DNA of 64,000 nucleotides from Pseudooceanicola sp. (GTDB taxonomy: Bacteria > Pseudomonadota > Alphaproteobacteria > Rhodobacterales > Rhodobacteraceae): positions 2,301 through 66,300 of the forward strand of contig PAPR01000078.1 in NCBI GenBank assembly GCA_002709085.1, given 5' to 3'. The notes under the pieces were generated by a model, which did no database searches, was not told where the DNA came from, and worked only from the letters and a program-made list of their open reading frames with translations. This document shows, in pieces, positions 1 to 9,126 of this stretch. Position 1 is the stretch's first letter. Each line of letters begins with the position of its first letter. A program made the translations under genes and the position numbers.

Positions 1-579
1 CGCAAGGTCGCGCATCGACATGCGATGACCCGCTGCGGGCCAGCCGTTCGAATTGGTGAATGTCGAGTTCGTCATGCCCATGTTCTGCGCACGCTGGGTC
101 ATGTATCGCGCGAACCCGGCCTCGGTGCCGTCCGGCGACAGCGCCTCGGCGAGCACGACGCAGGCGTCATTGCCCGACAACACGATGATCCCGCGCAGCA
201 GGTCCTCGACCTTCACCCGGTCGGTGGTGTCGAGAAACATGGTGGAGCCGCCATAGCTCATCGCGTGGGCCGAGACCGGCAGGCGTTCATCCAGTTGCAA
301 CCGTCCGTCGCGGATCGCCTCGAATGCGACGTAGAGGGTCATCAGTTTGGACATGGAGGCCGGGGGTAGCGGCATATCCGCGTTCTTTTCCAGCAGGACG
401 GTCCGTGTGGTCAGATCGACGACGTAGGCTGCGGTCGCCTGTGTGTCAAATGCCTGCGCTTGCCCACCGAGCGGCAGGGTTGCGGACAGGCATAGCCCGA
501 GGACGACCGTGGCTGCGCGAAACCGGCGGGCGATCCGGCGGGTCGCGGTCAGGGCGCGCCGGCGAATGAAAAGGGTCAT
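1..579 (-). CDS. dacA: D-alanyl-D-alanine carboxypeptidase (PBP5/6, peptidase S11), 3' end outside window
   Basis: Hand translation from ATG at 579: MTLFIRR...LPPASMSKLMT (SxxK)...VLSGNDA (SxN)...NSNGWP. Frame stays open to base 1; not in the ORF track. Confidence 0.9.
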   Translation of the reverse strand, partial: MTLFIRRRALTATRRIARRFRAATVVLGLCLSATLPLGGQAQAFDTQATAAYVVDLTTRTVLLEKNADMPLPPASMSKLMTLYVAFEAIRDGRLQLDERLPVSAHAMSYGGSTMFLDTTDRVKVEDLLRGIIVLSGNDACVVLAEALSPDGTEAGFARYMTQRAQNMGMTNSTFTNSNGWPAAGHRMSMRDLA

Positions 580-621
580 GTTTCCTCCTTCAGGCGCTTT
601 GCCTGACCACATAGGATGGCG

Positions 622-1653
622 TCAATTCGTGACGGCGTAGGCGTCTGTGAAACCTGCGGCCTTGATCTTATTCAACAATTCGGCGCGCTCGCTGGCTGTC
701 GTGGCGGGGCCGACGATGACCCGCCAGAAAGTCTTGCCACGCGACGACTGCTTGAGCACTGCGGGGATGATCCCGGTCTGGCGCATCGCCACTGCCGTAT
801 TGCGGGCATTTTCCTCAACGCTGAAGATGCCGATCTGGAGATAGGGCCGGTCGAGCTTTGACACCGGTTTGGGAGAGTTGGCGACCGGGGCGGTGGGCGA
901 TGCCCGGGGCACTGCTGCCGGGGCAGGGGAGGGCACGGGGGCCTCGGCGACCGCCACGGGCGCGACCTCCTCTTCCTTTTTCTGCCAGAACCAGCGGCGT
1001 TTTTTCGGCGCAGGGGTCGCGATTTCTGCCGCCGCGACCGGAAGATTGGCGGCAGGTGCGGCACCCTCGGCGCGGGCAATGGCCGTGGCGGCACCGGCGA
1101 CCGGATCGAGCGTCGCGGTCTCCACCTCTTCGGGCGCGGGCATCGCTGCGGCGGACACGGGTGTTTCTGCGGGGGGCTCAGGCTCGGTCTTGGCGCCGGG
1201 CACCTCTTCGCGGCGCAGCGCGGTCACGTTGAGGTTGGTCGGCTGCCCGGCCAGCATCCCAAGGGCGTCCGCTGCGTCGGAGGAGACCTGAAAGCGTGGA
1301 CCGGGCCGTTCCAGCGACGGCTTGAACAATGCGCCGATGACAAATTTCGCGTTGGAGGTGTTGCGGATCAGAACGCGCTCCGGCTCTGTCACGTCCGGAT
1401 GCGCCACCCAAACGCCACCGAGCGAGGGACGTCCATCCCAAAGCCCGGCCTCCGTCGCCTGGAAGACCTCGGGCGCCTCGACATCGCGTTCCACCAGGCG
1501 CGTCGACCCGCCGGACGTCACGACAGTGGTGTCTGATGCAGGCTTGAACAATTGCGTGCCGTCTTCGGCGCAACCTGCCAGCAAGGCGATTGCCGAGACG
1601 GCCATCGCAAGCCGCCGCGCGTGTCCGCCGGAATTCATGTGACCGATTGCCAT
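622..1653 (-). CDS. SPOR-domain lipoprotein
   Basis: Likely start MAIGHMN; lipobox LLAGC; Pro/Ala linker; C-terminal SPOR-like YLQIGIFSVEENA...FWRVIVGP...GFTDAY; upstream of dacA. Confidence 0.85.
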   Translation of the reverse strand: MAIGHMNSGGHARRLAMAVSAIALLAGCAEDGTQLFKPASDTTVVTSGGSTRLVERDVEAPEVFQATEAGLWDGRPSLGGVWVAHPDVTEPERVLIRNTSNAKFVIGALFKPSLERPGPRFQVSSDAADALGMLAGQPTNLNVTALRREEVPGAKTEPEPPAETPVSAAAMPAPEEVETATLDPVAGAATAIARAEGAAPAANLPVAAAEIATPAPKKRRWFWQKKEEEVAPVAVAEAPVPSPAPAAVPRASPTAPVANSPKPVSKLDRPYLQIGIFSVEENARNTAVAMRQTGIIPAVLKQSSRGKTFWRVIVGPATTASERAELLNKIKAAGFTDAYAVTN

Positions 1654-1973
1654 CTCTCGCCCCTTTGTCGGCGCGGTCCCCCGCGCGGTCGGATTTCCGA
1701 CCCTGCCCGTTGTTTTCGCGCAGTCTAGCGCGTGGCGTGCCGCGTGAAAAGGCTGGCGCGCGGGATCGGCAATAATTCCCGCGTGTGGGGGGGTAGGGGA
1801 GCGGTTTGGCTTGCTGAAATGTCGTCGCGAAGACGTGGCCGTTTGTGTCGCGGTTGGGCTCTCATGAGGATGTAGTGCCTGAAAAAGGAATTTCTGGAGA
1901 GCGCTGCGACGTGACCTGCCCTGTCCCCTGCTGGTCTCCCATTCGGAACGAGAGTTTGCGGGGCTGAGCCCCC

Positions 1974-2590
1974 GTCGTGTCTCGAAGCTGGTGGAAATTC
2001 TCCGGCGGCGTTCTCCGGGTATGGGTAATTGGGCCTGATCAGGCCGGGAGGTCAATGTTGATCGGGCGAGCGGGTGAGCCAAGGTTTCCCAACCGTCCAC
2101 TTTGCGCATTTGGATCTGGCCCGATGTCATCAGCGCCCAGAGGAGCATCCGCACGGTTTCGGCGCAGGGCAGCACGGTATGGGTCTTGATGCGGCGGCGG
2201 AATTCCTCGCTCAGATGTTTGATTGCCTTGGTGGTTCTGGCCGATTTCCACTGCGATAGGCCCGGGCGCGTGAAGGTGAATAGCCGGCCTCCGGCGTCGT
2301 CCAGGCTGTCGGCGACGGCGCGGCAGTTCAGCCGTCATTTACGAAGGAAGGCTTTGCGGCGGTTTTCGATTTCGGCTGCGGCATGGATCATGTCGCGGTA
2401 ATCCTCAGTCAACTCGCTCTGCATGTGTTTCAGGGCGTGGAGATTAAGGCTGGCGCAGTCTGGCACGGGCTGGCTCGTCATCTGATAGCGGCGCTCCCGA
2501 ATGGAGTCTATTTCGCTTTCATCGGCACTCCAGTTGACCGGGCCGGGGCCAACACCCTCCGGTGTTCGGCGACTACATCGACATCCACGA
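1974..2590 (-). mobile_element. Degenerate, internally deleted IS256-family element (transposase pseudogene)
   Basis: Fragments across frames: DYRDMIHAAAEIENRRKAFLRK*...SQWKSARTT...EEFRRRIKT...LLWALMTSGQIQMRKVDGWETL resemble the C-terminus of IS256 transposases, with stops and frameshifts. Ends approximate. Confidence 0.75.
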
Positions 2591-2789
2591 CATCGCGCAG
2601 GCGGTAGATCACTGCGCCAGAGTACCGATCTGACCATCAAGGTCTGTTCCCTCCTGTCGAGGTTGCAGAAGGTCTGCGCGATTGCCTGGATGAGGAGTTT
2701 GATAATGCGACGGGGGTGAGGCATTACATGACCTGCCAAGCAGACACCACTTCCAGAATCAATTCCAGCCAGCTAAATCATCCCGACGC

Positions 2790-2879
2790 GGAGGAGTGGC
2801 AGAGTGGTCGAATGCACCGGTCTTGAAAACCGACGTAGGTGAAAGTCTACCGTGGGTTCGAATCCCACCTCCTCCGCCA
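2790..2879 (+). tRNA. tRNA-Ser(TGA)
   Basis: GGAGGAGTGGCAGAGTGGTCGAATGC...CT-TGA-AA anticodon loop, long variable arm, GGTTCGAATCC T-loop, CCTCCGCCA 3' end; 90 nt. Confidence 0.97.
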
Positions 2880-3230
2880 CCTACCTTGGGCAAACATTTC
2901 TCTGCCCACAATCGTAGCCAGAATTTTCCGTTATTTTAGAGGGTTATGGCCGCGGTGCTCTGCACTGCTTCGGCCCGCGCCGTGATGGATAGTGCTCTCT
3001 CCAGCCCCATTTTCTCTGCACCTCTCGACCGGCCCGACAAGGTGTAAGGCCGTTAACTATTCGTAAATGTTTAACAATTTTCGTTCTCCGCTAAGCACTT
3101 CGACGCCAGAGATTTGTTTTTCCATGGAACGGAGATCGAACATTTCTCTGTAGCGGATGGCACCGCATTTCGGCGGCCAGATTGAGAAACCTTGTGTTTT
3201 TGACCATTTTGAGGTGAACGGAGGTCCAAA

Positions 3231-3467
3231 ATGGCAGAATTTGAACTCGATACCGATCGGCTTGACGATGCGGCGCTCGCCATACTCAGCTTGACGCTAC
3301 ATGACGTGAATCGTGTTTGGAAAGGGATCGACTGGGAAATAACGGATCGTCTTCATGCGAAGGGGCTGATCCACGATCCGAGCGGTAAGGCAAAATCGCT
3401 CACCTTGACCGATGAAGGCTTAGCTCGAGCCAGAGACGCTCTTGCCGCAATGTTTGCAAAAAGATGA
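3231..3467 (+). CDS. Small winged-helix-like protein (DUF6429-like)
   Basis: GGAGG RBS; WKGIDWEITDRLHAKGLIHDPSGKAKSLTLTDEG motif. Confidence 0.75.
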   Translation: MAEFELDTDRLDDAALAILSLTLHDVNRVWKGIDWEITDRLHAKGLIHDPSGKAKSLTLTDEGLARARDALAAMFAKR

Positions 3468-3524
3468 CCCGAACAGGCTGAGTAACCCGACCTTTGAAGG
3501 CCAGGCCGTCCAGTCCTCGACGCC

Positions 3525-3941
3525 TTACAGATGAGCGTTGCGGCTCTCGCCTCGCTCTTGGGTTAGCGCCATTCGTTGTTCCTTCCATTCCAGCGGGAAT
3601 GGATCCATCAGATTTGCAAGCGTGACGTTCGCTGGCTGTCGACCGTCAACGATGGCATCGACCATATCTGGCGCCAGTAATGACAACCGCATCAAACGTG
3701 CCATGTAGGTAAAGGCGATCCCCTCCTTTGCGGCAAGTTCAGAAATCGATGCGAACTCGCCGGACTCGATCATCCGTTTCCAACGGAATGCGCGGGCAAG
3801 GGCTTTGACGAGCGTATTGTCTGTTCTCCTCGGGATTGAGGCGCCTTCTGGGAGTTGGACTTCTTTGCGCCCGCCGCGTTTTACAACGCGAAACGGGACC
3901 CTGACAGTTATGGTATTGGGATTGGAGGCGTTTCTGGTCAT
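3525..3941 (-). CDS. Recombinase-associated hypothetical protein (HTH-like)
   Basis: MTRNASNP...KRGGRKEV...KALARAFRWKRMIESG...ELAAKEG...RLSLLAPD; ATGA overlap with the recombinase stop. Confidence 0.75.
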   Translation of the reverse strand: MTRNASNPNTITVRVPFRVVKRGGRKEVQLPEGASIPRRTDNTLVKALARAFRWKRMIESGEFASISELAAKEGIAFTYMARLMRLSLLAPDMVDAIVDGRQPANVTLANLMDPFPLEWKEQRMALTQERGESRNAHL

Positions 3942-5248
3942 TCCGCTGCCTCCGCGTGGTTGACGGGCATTTCGCGGGCAAGGTTCGTCAACCCATCCAC
4001 TCTGAGCCGCACGTTGATGCCGGCTTCCTCGATATCGACGCGTTCGACCATCAGCCCCAAAATGCGCGCCTGTTCGCCTGGGAACAGTTCGTCCCAAAGT
4101 GGGTCGAGTTGCAAGAGTGCGCTGCGCGCGTCAGCCTCAGAAATCTCGCTGGACTGTTCGCAGGCCGCTTTCCATGTGCCTGCTACGATTTCCGGTTGGC
4201 GGAACACAACCCTCAGTTGTTCAATGACGGCGCTTTCGATTTCTCCGGCGGGCACTCGGCCGATCGGGCAAGATCCTGCACCATGCTTCAATACGGTCTG
4301 ACTAACGTAGTATCGATAAAGCTTACCACGCCGACGCGTGTGGGTCGGAGAGAACGCCGCCCCATCGGGGCCGTAGAGCAAGCCTTTCAGAAGCGCTGGT
4401 GTGTTTGCCCGCGTCTTGTTCGCACGCGTGCGAGGGCTTTCCTGTAGGATCGTATGGACCTTGTCCCATGTGTCCTGCTCAAGGATCGACTCATGCTCTC
4501 CCGGGTAGCTCTCACCTTTGTGCACGGCCTCGCCGATATAGGCGCGATTTTTAAGCAGCCGATACAGATACTTCTTGTCCATCCTGTTTCCGTTGGGGGT
4601 TCGCAGTCTGCGCCGATCGAGTTGCCGCGCAAGCTCTGTGGCAGACCCGATTTCAAGGAACCGGGCGAAAATCCAACGGACATGCTCGGCCTTTTCCTCA
4701 TCGATGATCAGCTTTCGATTTTCGACGCGGTAACCGTAGGGCGGCACACCGCCCATCCAGATTCCCTTCTTGCGGCTGGCGGCAAACTTGTCACGGATTC
4801 GTTCGGCGGTCACTTCACGCTCGAACTGGGCGAAGCTGAGTAGGATGTTCAGTGTCAGCCGCCCCATCGAGGTCGTCGTGTTGAACTGCTGGGTGACGGA
4901 CACAAAGGTGACGCCGGTCCGGTCGAATACCTCAACCAGCTTGGCAAAATCCGCCAGCGAGCGGCTGAGACGGTCGATCTTGTAGACCACGACCACGTCG
5001 ACCAGGCCGTCCTCGATATCTTGCATCAGAGCTTTGAGGCCTGGGCGCTCCAGTGTGCCGCCGGAGACGCCGCCGTCGTCATATTGTTCGCGGAGCACCA
5101 CCCAACCCTCGGAGCGTTGGCTCGCGATGTAAGCTTCGCACGCTTCGCGTTGGGCATGGAGCGAGTTGAATTCCTGCTCGAGACCTTCCTCGCTGGATTT
5201 TCGTGTATAAACGGCGCAACGCAGTTTGCGCAGGATCGGTTTGTTCAT
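3938..5248 (-). CDS. Large serine recombinase (integrase)
   Basis: CAVYTRKSS catalytic Ser motif, YDDGGVSG, KIDRLSRS, FEREVTAERIRD; likely start MNKPILRK at 5248. Confidence 0.95.
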   Translation of the reverse strand: MNKPILRKLRCAVYTRKSSEEGLEQEFNSLHAQREACEAYIASQRSEGWVVLREQYDDGGVSGGTLERPGLKALMQDIEDGLVDVVVVYKIDRLSRSLADFAKLVEVFDRTGVTFVSVTQQFNTTTSMGRLTLNILLSFAQFEREVTAERIRDKFAASRKKGIWMGGVPPYGYRVENRKLIIDEEKAEHVRWIFARFLEIGSATELARQLDRRRLRTPNGNRMDKKYLYRLLKNRAYIGEAVHKGESYPGEHESILEQDTWDKVHTILQESPRTRANKTRANTPALLKGLLYGPDGAAFSPTHTRRRGKLYRYYVSQTVLKHGAGSCPIGRVPAGEIESAVIEQLRVVFRQPEIVAGTWKAACEQSSEISEADARSALLQLDPLWDELFPGEQARILGLMVERVDIEEAGINVRLRVDGLTNLAREMPVNHAEAAE

Positions 5249-5697
5249 GTCCGCCTCCTGTAATTTTTCAAGCCAAAGAATACCCAGCCATTCCAGCGTG
5301 TGCCTGTGATGGCGCGGGCAATTGCGGAGAGCGATTTGTAGGGTCGCCCCTGCCATTCGAAGCCCTCATTGGTTACGGTGACGACGTGCTCGACGCCTTG
5401 CCACTCACGAAGCAAGCGCGTGCCCGTGATGGGCACATTGTCCACACGGATGCGCCGCCGCGATGGATCACCGCCGTCCAGATCTTCGCCGAGCTTCTCA
5501 AGATAACGAGCCGTCTCAGGCTTTAACCCGCCAAAGGCCAATTCCTGGATGCGATAGGCCAAACGGCTCTCGAGGTAGCGGCGGTTGAAGGGGGGGGGTT
5601 CGTGGTCAAACAGCTCCCGCCATTGTTTCTTCAACTCTGTAGTTGGGGTGGTTTTCAACGCTGCGATGCGCGCAGGAATTTGATCATGTTCCTTCAT
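5245..5697 (-). CDS. DUF2924-like protein
   Basis: GTRLLREWQGVEHVVTV...SLSAIARAITGTRWNGWVFFGL, the typical partner upstream of such recombinases. Confidence 0.85.
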   Translation of the reverse strand: MKEHDQIPARIAALKTTPTTELKKQWRELFDHEPPPFNRRYLESRLAYRIQELAFGGLKPETARYLEKLGEDLDGGDPSRRRIRVDNVPITGTRLLREWQGVEHVVTVTNEGFEWQGRPYKSLSAIARAITGTRWNGWVFFGLKNYRRRT

Positions 5698-5945
5698 GAG
5701 AGCTGCTTTCGATTTCGAGGGGCAAGACGGCGTGGCTGTGCCTCGATCCGCCAGCGTTCATTTCCACCGTTTTCAGCCGGATTTTCGCGAGCGCGCATAT
5801 TTGGCCGCGCGATGGCTAGCGCGAGCAGACTGCAAATCTCAGCCTGGCGTTCTTGGGCAGTCATGTGGTCTGGGTGCAGTGCGTTGGGGCGTTTAAATGG
5901 ACGGCGTAGGGCATCCGTGTGCAATGCTGAGTTTAGAGCGTTCAT
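5694..5945 (-). CDS. Small hypothetical protein, paralog of 5942-6145
   Basis: KRPNALHPDHMTAQERQAEICSLLALA; ATGA overlaps on both sides. Confidence 0.65.
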   Translation of the reverse strand: MNALNSALHTDALRRPFKRPNALHPDHMTAQERQAEICSLLALAIARPNMRARENPAENGGNERWRIEAQPRRLAPRNRKQLS

Positions 5946-6145
5946 GTTGCTTCCTTTCTGCTTGGACCTGCATGAATGCTCGGACACGCTGAGTTGTGTA
6001 GCGAACTTTCTCCATAAATATCAGTATTTTGCCGACTTTCTCTTTGGTGCAGCCGGACAAGGCCAAGCGCCAGCAAGCTGCAAAGCTCGCTGCGGCGTTC
6101 CTGGGCGTTCATGCGGTCGGGTTGTAGGGCGTTGGGGCGTTTCAT
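5942..6145 (-). CDS. Small hypothetical protein, first gene of the leftward recombinase operon
   Basis: MKRPNALQPDRMNAQERRSELCSLLALGL; stop overlaps the next start. Confidence 0.7.
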   Translation of the reverse strand: MKRPNALQPDRMNAQERRSELCSLLALGLVRLHQRESRQNTDIYGESSLHNSACPSIHAGPSRKEAT

Positions 6146-6165
6146 GAGGTTTCCCGGGTCGTTCT

Positions 6166-6205
6166 CTCGCCCAGCTTCTACTCACGCCTTTTGGAAACCG
6201 TCCCA
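6166..6205 (-). promoter_or_regulatory. 40-bp motif, copy 1 (candidate phage-sigma promoter facing the recombinase operon)
   Basis: Minus strand TGGGACGGTTTCCAAAAGGCGTGAGTAGAAGCTGGGCGAG; 35/40 identical to 9103-9142. Confidence 0.65.
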
Positions 6206-6220
6206 CGCCCAACGCGATGA

Positions 6221-6252
6221 TTGACCTGTTGCCGTGAGAACATAAGATGAAC
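6221..6252 (+). promoter_or_regulatory. Sigma70-like promoter overlapped by an alphaproteobacterial LexA box
   Basis: TTGACC (6221)-16 bp-TAAGAT (6243); GAAC-ATAAGAT-GAAC at 6238-6252 matches GAAC-N7-GAAC. Confidence 0.75.
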
Positions 6253-6280
6253 ATTATTTCCCCGACAGAAAGGATTCGCC

Positions 6281-7516
6281 ATGGCCGGCAATCTCAAGAA
6301 GTTCGTGAACCCACGTTTCCTGAAGACCATTGATCCCATGCTCATGCGCCAGCTCTTCGAGCGCCATTTCGCTGGTGGGGCGGCACCAATCGCCTTTGAT
6401 GATGAAGAGGCAGACCATCGTGGTCTGCTGGCAGAGTATTTCGACCAGCCCGTCAACGACTGGTCCGAGGGGCTGGTGGCTGACCTGCACCGAATTGCGG
6501 AATTGGGCACGTCACATGGGTTGGAGACGATACTGTCCGCGGCGCGGCGCCAACAGATCACACTGTTCGAGCCTGCCGACCCTGAGCAGACGGCAGATGC
6601 ACCCGCAGAACAGGACCCCAAACACGTCGCGCTGCACGTTTATCTCTACCACCACGATCTGTTCGAGGTCGCTGCGGACCAGATGGCACTGCGTGCACCG
6701 ACCGCGATGGCCGAGTTTCGTGGACCGGAGCGAGATGTACCGGCAGATTTCACCGACGATGTTGGCGTGACGTTCGAGGCCGCCGCAGCGGCGCTCTTCG
6801 CCAAGGACCTACAGGGCGGTTATTGCCGTTTGGCGCCTTATGACGAAAACGACGAATTCAATTTGGTCTTGAGCCATGGTGCCCCGGTCAAGACGACGCC
6901 TGTGGTTTCGGGCGATCGTGAAGAAATCATCACGGTCCGTGCGGTCAAATACGCGGCCCTGCGCTATAATGCGACCGAGGGGCGTCTTCTGATTGGCGGC
7001 GTCCTGAAATCCCAGCAGGTCGAACTGGCGGAGTTCTTCGCCACCCATGTGCTGGGCCGCCCCGGCTTCTTCGCCGGTGATCACGCACGTGATCTCTACA
7101 CGCTGGATCCCATCTCCAAGGCAGGCCCCAACTTTGCCTTCGAGCACAGGCATGATGACGCCATCCACAGCGTAACCATTGTCGCGGCCGCGGCTGACCT
7201 CTTCGAATGGGATGAGGACGCGCAGGCCTCGCGGCATCTACGCAGCTGGGTGACCAAAGACACCAATGGCGCATTGCGCAACTTTGCCACCAGCGAGGTG
7301 GATTTTCGGGACGGCTGGCGGCTCGGCGAGATCACGTTCCGTGTGTTTTTCTATGTGGGCAAAAAGAAGCCAGCCCAGTCCACAGTGCGGCTGAAACCTC
7401 CCGGGACCTTGGCCTTCCGCCGCACGCGGTTCGAGAAATCGATCCACACGCTGATAACACGCAACGGGTTGGAGAAAGACCATGATCCTGATCTGGTTGT
7501 GGAAGCGGCTGAATAA
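6281..7516 (+). CDS. Hypothetical protein (411 aa), first gene after the LexA box
   Basis: Long ORF with AAGGA RBS; no family recognised. Confidence 0.8.
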   Translation: MAGNLKKFVNPRFLKTIDPMLMRQLFERHFAGGAAPIAFDDEEADHRGLLAEYFDQPVNDWSEGLVADLHRIAELGTSHGLETILSAARRQQITLFEPADPEQTADAPAEQDPKHVALHVYLYHHDLFEVAADQMALRAPTAMAEFRGPERDVPADFTDDVGVTFEAAAAALFAKDLQGGYCRLAPYDENDEFNLVLSHGAPVKTTPVVSGDREEIITVRAVKYAALRYNATEGRLLIGGVLKSQQVELAEFFATHVLGRPGFFAGDHARDLYTLDPISKAGPNFAFEHRHDDAIHSVTIVAAAADLFEWDEDAQASRHLRSWVTKDTNGALRNFATSEVDFRDGWRLGEITFRVFFYVGKKKPAQSTVRLKPPGTLAFRRTRFEKSIHTLITRNGLEKDHDPDLVVEAAE

Positions 7517-8423
7517 GACAGGCGCGCGCCCTGAAGTTTCCGGCCGATTGCTGCGGCGCTTCCCCGAGGCCGAAATCAACAAGCTGCTCAGGGCGCGCAT
7601 CCTGATCGAAGACCGCAAGATCGACAGTTGGGGCACCTGTGCGCATTGCGATTGCGGCTATGATGCGCGGATGATCCAGGAAATCGACGGCAAGCTCGTC
7701 GCCTGCTGCCCGCTCGACCCCAGTCAGGATGTCATCCTCGAGCCGAACGACCTTATCCGCTATCGGATCGATGGAGAGCAGTTGATCGCGGCCATCGCGG
7801 CGGCGGGCAAGTTGACGGGGGCGCCGGTGGCGATTTCCGCCGGGCTTTGGTCGATGGGCAAGGCGACGACGGGGCGCAGCATCTTTTTGTGCCGCTCGCC
7901 CCGGGATATGTTTGTGCCGGGCATTTCAATGCTTTTGAAATCGCTCGCCGGGGGCACGCCGCTGATTGTGGTCTTCGATGAGATTGACCAAGCCAGTGCC
8001 ATCCGCCTGCGCGACATGGAAATCGACGTTCATGAAGTCGCCGAGATCCTTCGCGCGGATGGGAACGGCGTTGAAGTGATGTCGTTCGATTCTTTCCATC
8101 CCACCGGCCATCGGGTTCGTTTGATTGTTCATCGCAGTAGCCAAGCGGTGACACTGGACGGGCGGGTCCTGGACCTTCCTTCGCAGATGCTCGCCTTGGT
8201 TCGTCTCTTTGCCGAGCAAGCAGTTGGACCTGACCCGCGGCTGAAGAAGCAAGAAATCGAGATCAAGACAGGCCGTGAGCCCAAAGAGATCATTCGGGAT
8301 CTGCGCAACGCGCTGATCGGCTGCGGCCTCGCGCGTGCGGAGGTCGACGAATTATTCGTTTTGGTTCGAGGCATTGGCTACCGCTTGGCACTGAACCGTG
8401 AAGAGGTCGAAATCGTGGGCTGA
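7482..8423 (+). CDS. Putative transcriptional regulator with Cys cluster and C-terminal OmpR/PhoB-type winged helix
   Basis: CAHCDC...CCP near the N-terminus; C-terminal VTLDGRVLDL...IRDLRNAL...VRGIGYRL resembles Trans_reg_C; no receiver domain recognised. Confidence 0.7.
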   Translation: MILIWLWKRLNKTGARPEVSGRLLRRFPEAEINKLLRARILIEDRKIDSWGTCAHCDCGYDARMIQEIDGKLVACCPLDPSQDVILEPNDLIRYRIDGEQLIAAIAAAGKLTGAPVAISAGLWSMGKATTGRSIFLCRSPRDMFVPGISMLLKSLAGGTPLIVVFDEIDQASAIRLRDMEIDVHEVAEILRADGNGVEVMSFDSFHPTGHRVRLIVHRSSQAVTLDGRVLDLPSQMLALVRLFAEQAVGPDPRLKKQEIEIKTGREPKEIIRDLRNALIGCGLARAEVDELFVLVRGIGYRLALNREEVEIVG

Positions 8424-8430
8424 GCCTGCG

Positions 8431-8469
8431 ACACACTTTTCACACACCAAACACACACCACAAACACAC
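8431..8469 (+). repeat. Four ACACAC boxes at exact 11-bp spacing
   Basis: ACACAC at 8431, 8442, 8453 and 8464. Confidence 0.85.
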
Positions 8470-8532
8470 CAAAGGCGGGCCAGGGTCGGCGAAGTTCGGA
8501 GCAAGAGAAATCGAGCTTCGAGGACCCCGATC

Positions 8533-9126
8533 ATGCCCACCAGATTATCTGCCGCCGACGTTGTCACGCTGATCGACGAGGCCAATCGCGCCGCACGTCG
8601 CCTGCACCGCAAATTGCATCTGCCGCCAGCTGACCTCGAGGATCTCTCCCAGGATCTACTGCTCGATCTCATTTGCCGCTTGCCCGGATTTGACGCGCGC
8701 CGCGGCAGCGTTGGCGCCTTCGCCAATATCGTCTTGCGCAACCAGTCATCGCGTATCGCGATGCGCATCCAGCGTCAGCGGCGGGCGCAGGACGGGTGGA
8801 TGTTTTCGCTCGATGCGCCGATGGCCGGCAGCCGCGAGCCTCTGAAAAATCTGCTGCTCGAGGACGATGGCCTAGCGAGCTGGTACGGTCAGCGCCCTTT
8901 GGACATCGACATGCAGCATGCACGACTTGCGACCGAATGCGTTCTGGCCCGTCTGAGCAATGGTGATCGCCAGCTCTGCCGCGCCCTATCCCAGCTCACC
9001 GTTTCTGACCTGGTCGCCCACAGCGCTGTCAAACGCTCAACCCTCCATCGCCGGATCTCTGGCCTTCGCCCAATTCTCACCGCCTACGGCCTCGGCCCCT
9101 GCTGGGACGGTTTTCAGACCGCGTGA
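8533..9126 (+). CDS. Sigma70/ECF-like sigma factor
   Basis: Region-2-like DLEDLSQDLLLDL...FDARRGSVGAFANIVLRN; C-terminal HTH-like RSTLHRRISGLR; GAGGA RBS. Confidence 0.75.
   Translation: MPTRLSAADVVTLIDEANRAARRLHRKLHLPPADLEDLSQDLLLDLICRLPGFDARRGSVGAFANIVLRNQSSRIAMRIQRQRRAQDGWMFSLDAPMAGSREPLKNLLLEDDGLASWYGQRPLDIDMQHARLATECVLARLSNGDRQLCRALSQLTVSDLVAHSAVKRSTLHRRISGLRPILTAYGLGPCWDGFQTA

Noticed and set aside
1654-2175. N-terminal extension of the 517-aa SPOR ORF
   Set aside because: Fortuitous read-through from the IS256 remnant; the lipoprotein signal starts near 1653.
3053-3075. Possible CtrA box
   Set aside because: TTAA-N7-TAAA is imperfect and lies in AT-rich DNA.
5590-5598. G9 tract as a phase-variation switch in the DUF2924 gene
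   Set aside because: In frame and explained by Pro-Pro-Pro codons; no other support.
8115-8130. GTTC...GTTC inside the wHTH gene
   Set aside because: The spacer is 8 nt, not 7, and the site is intragenic.
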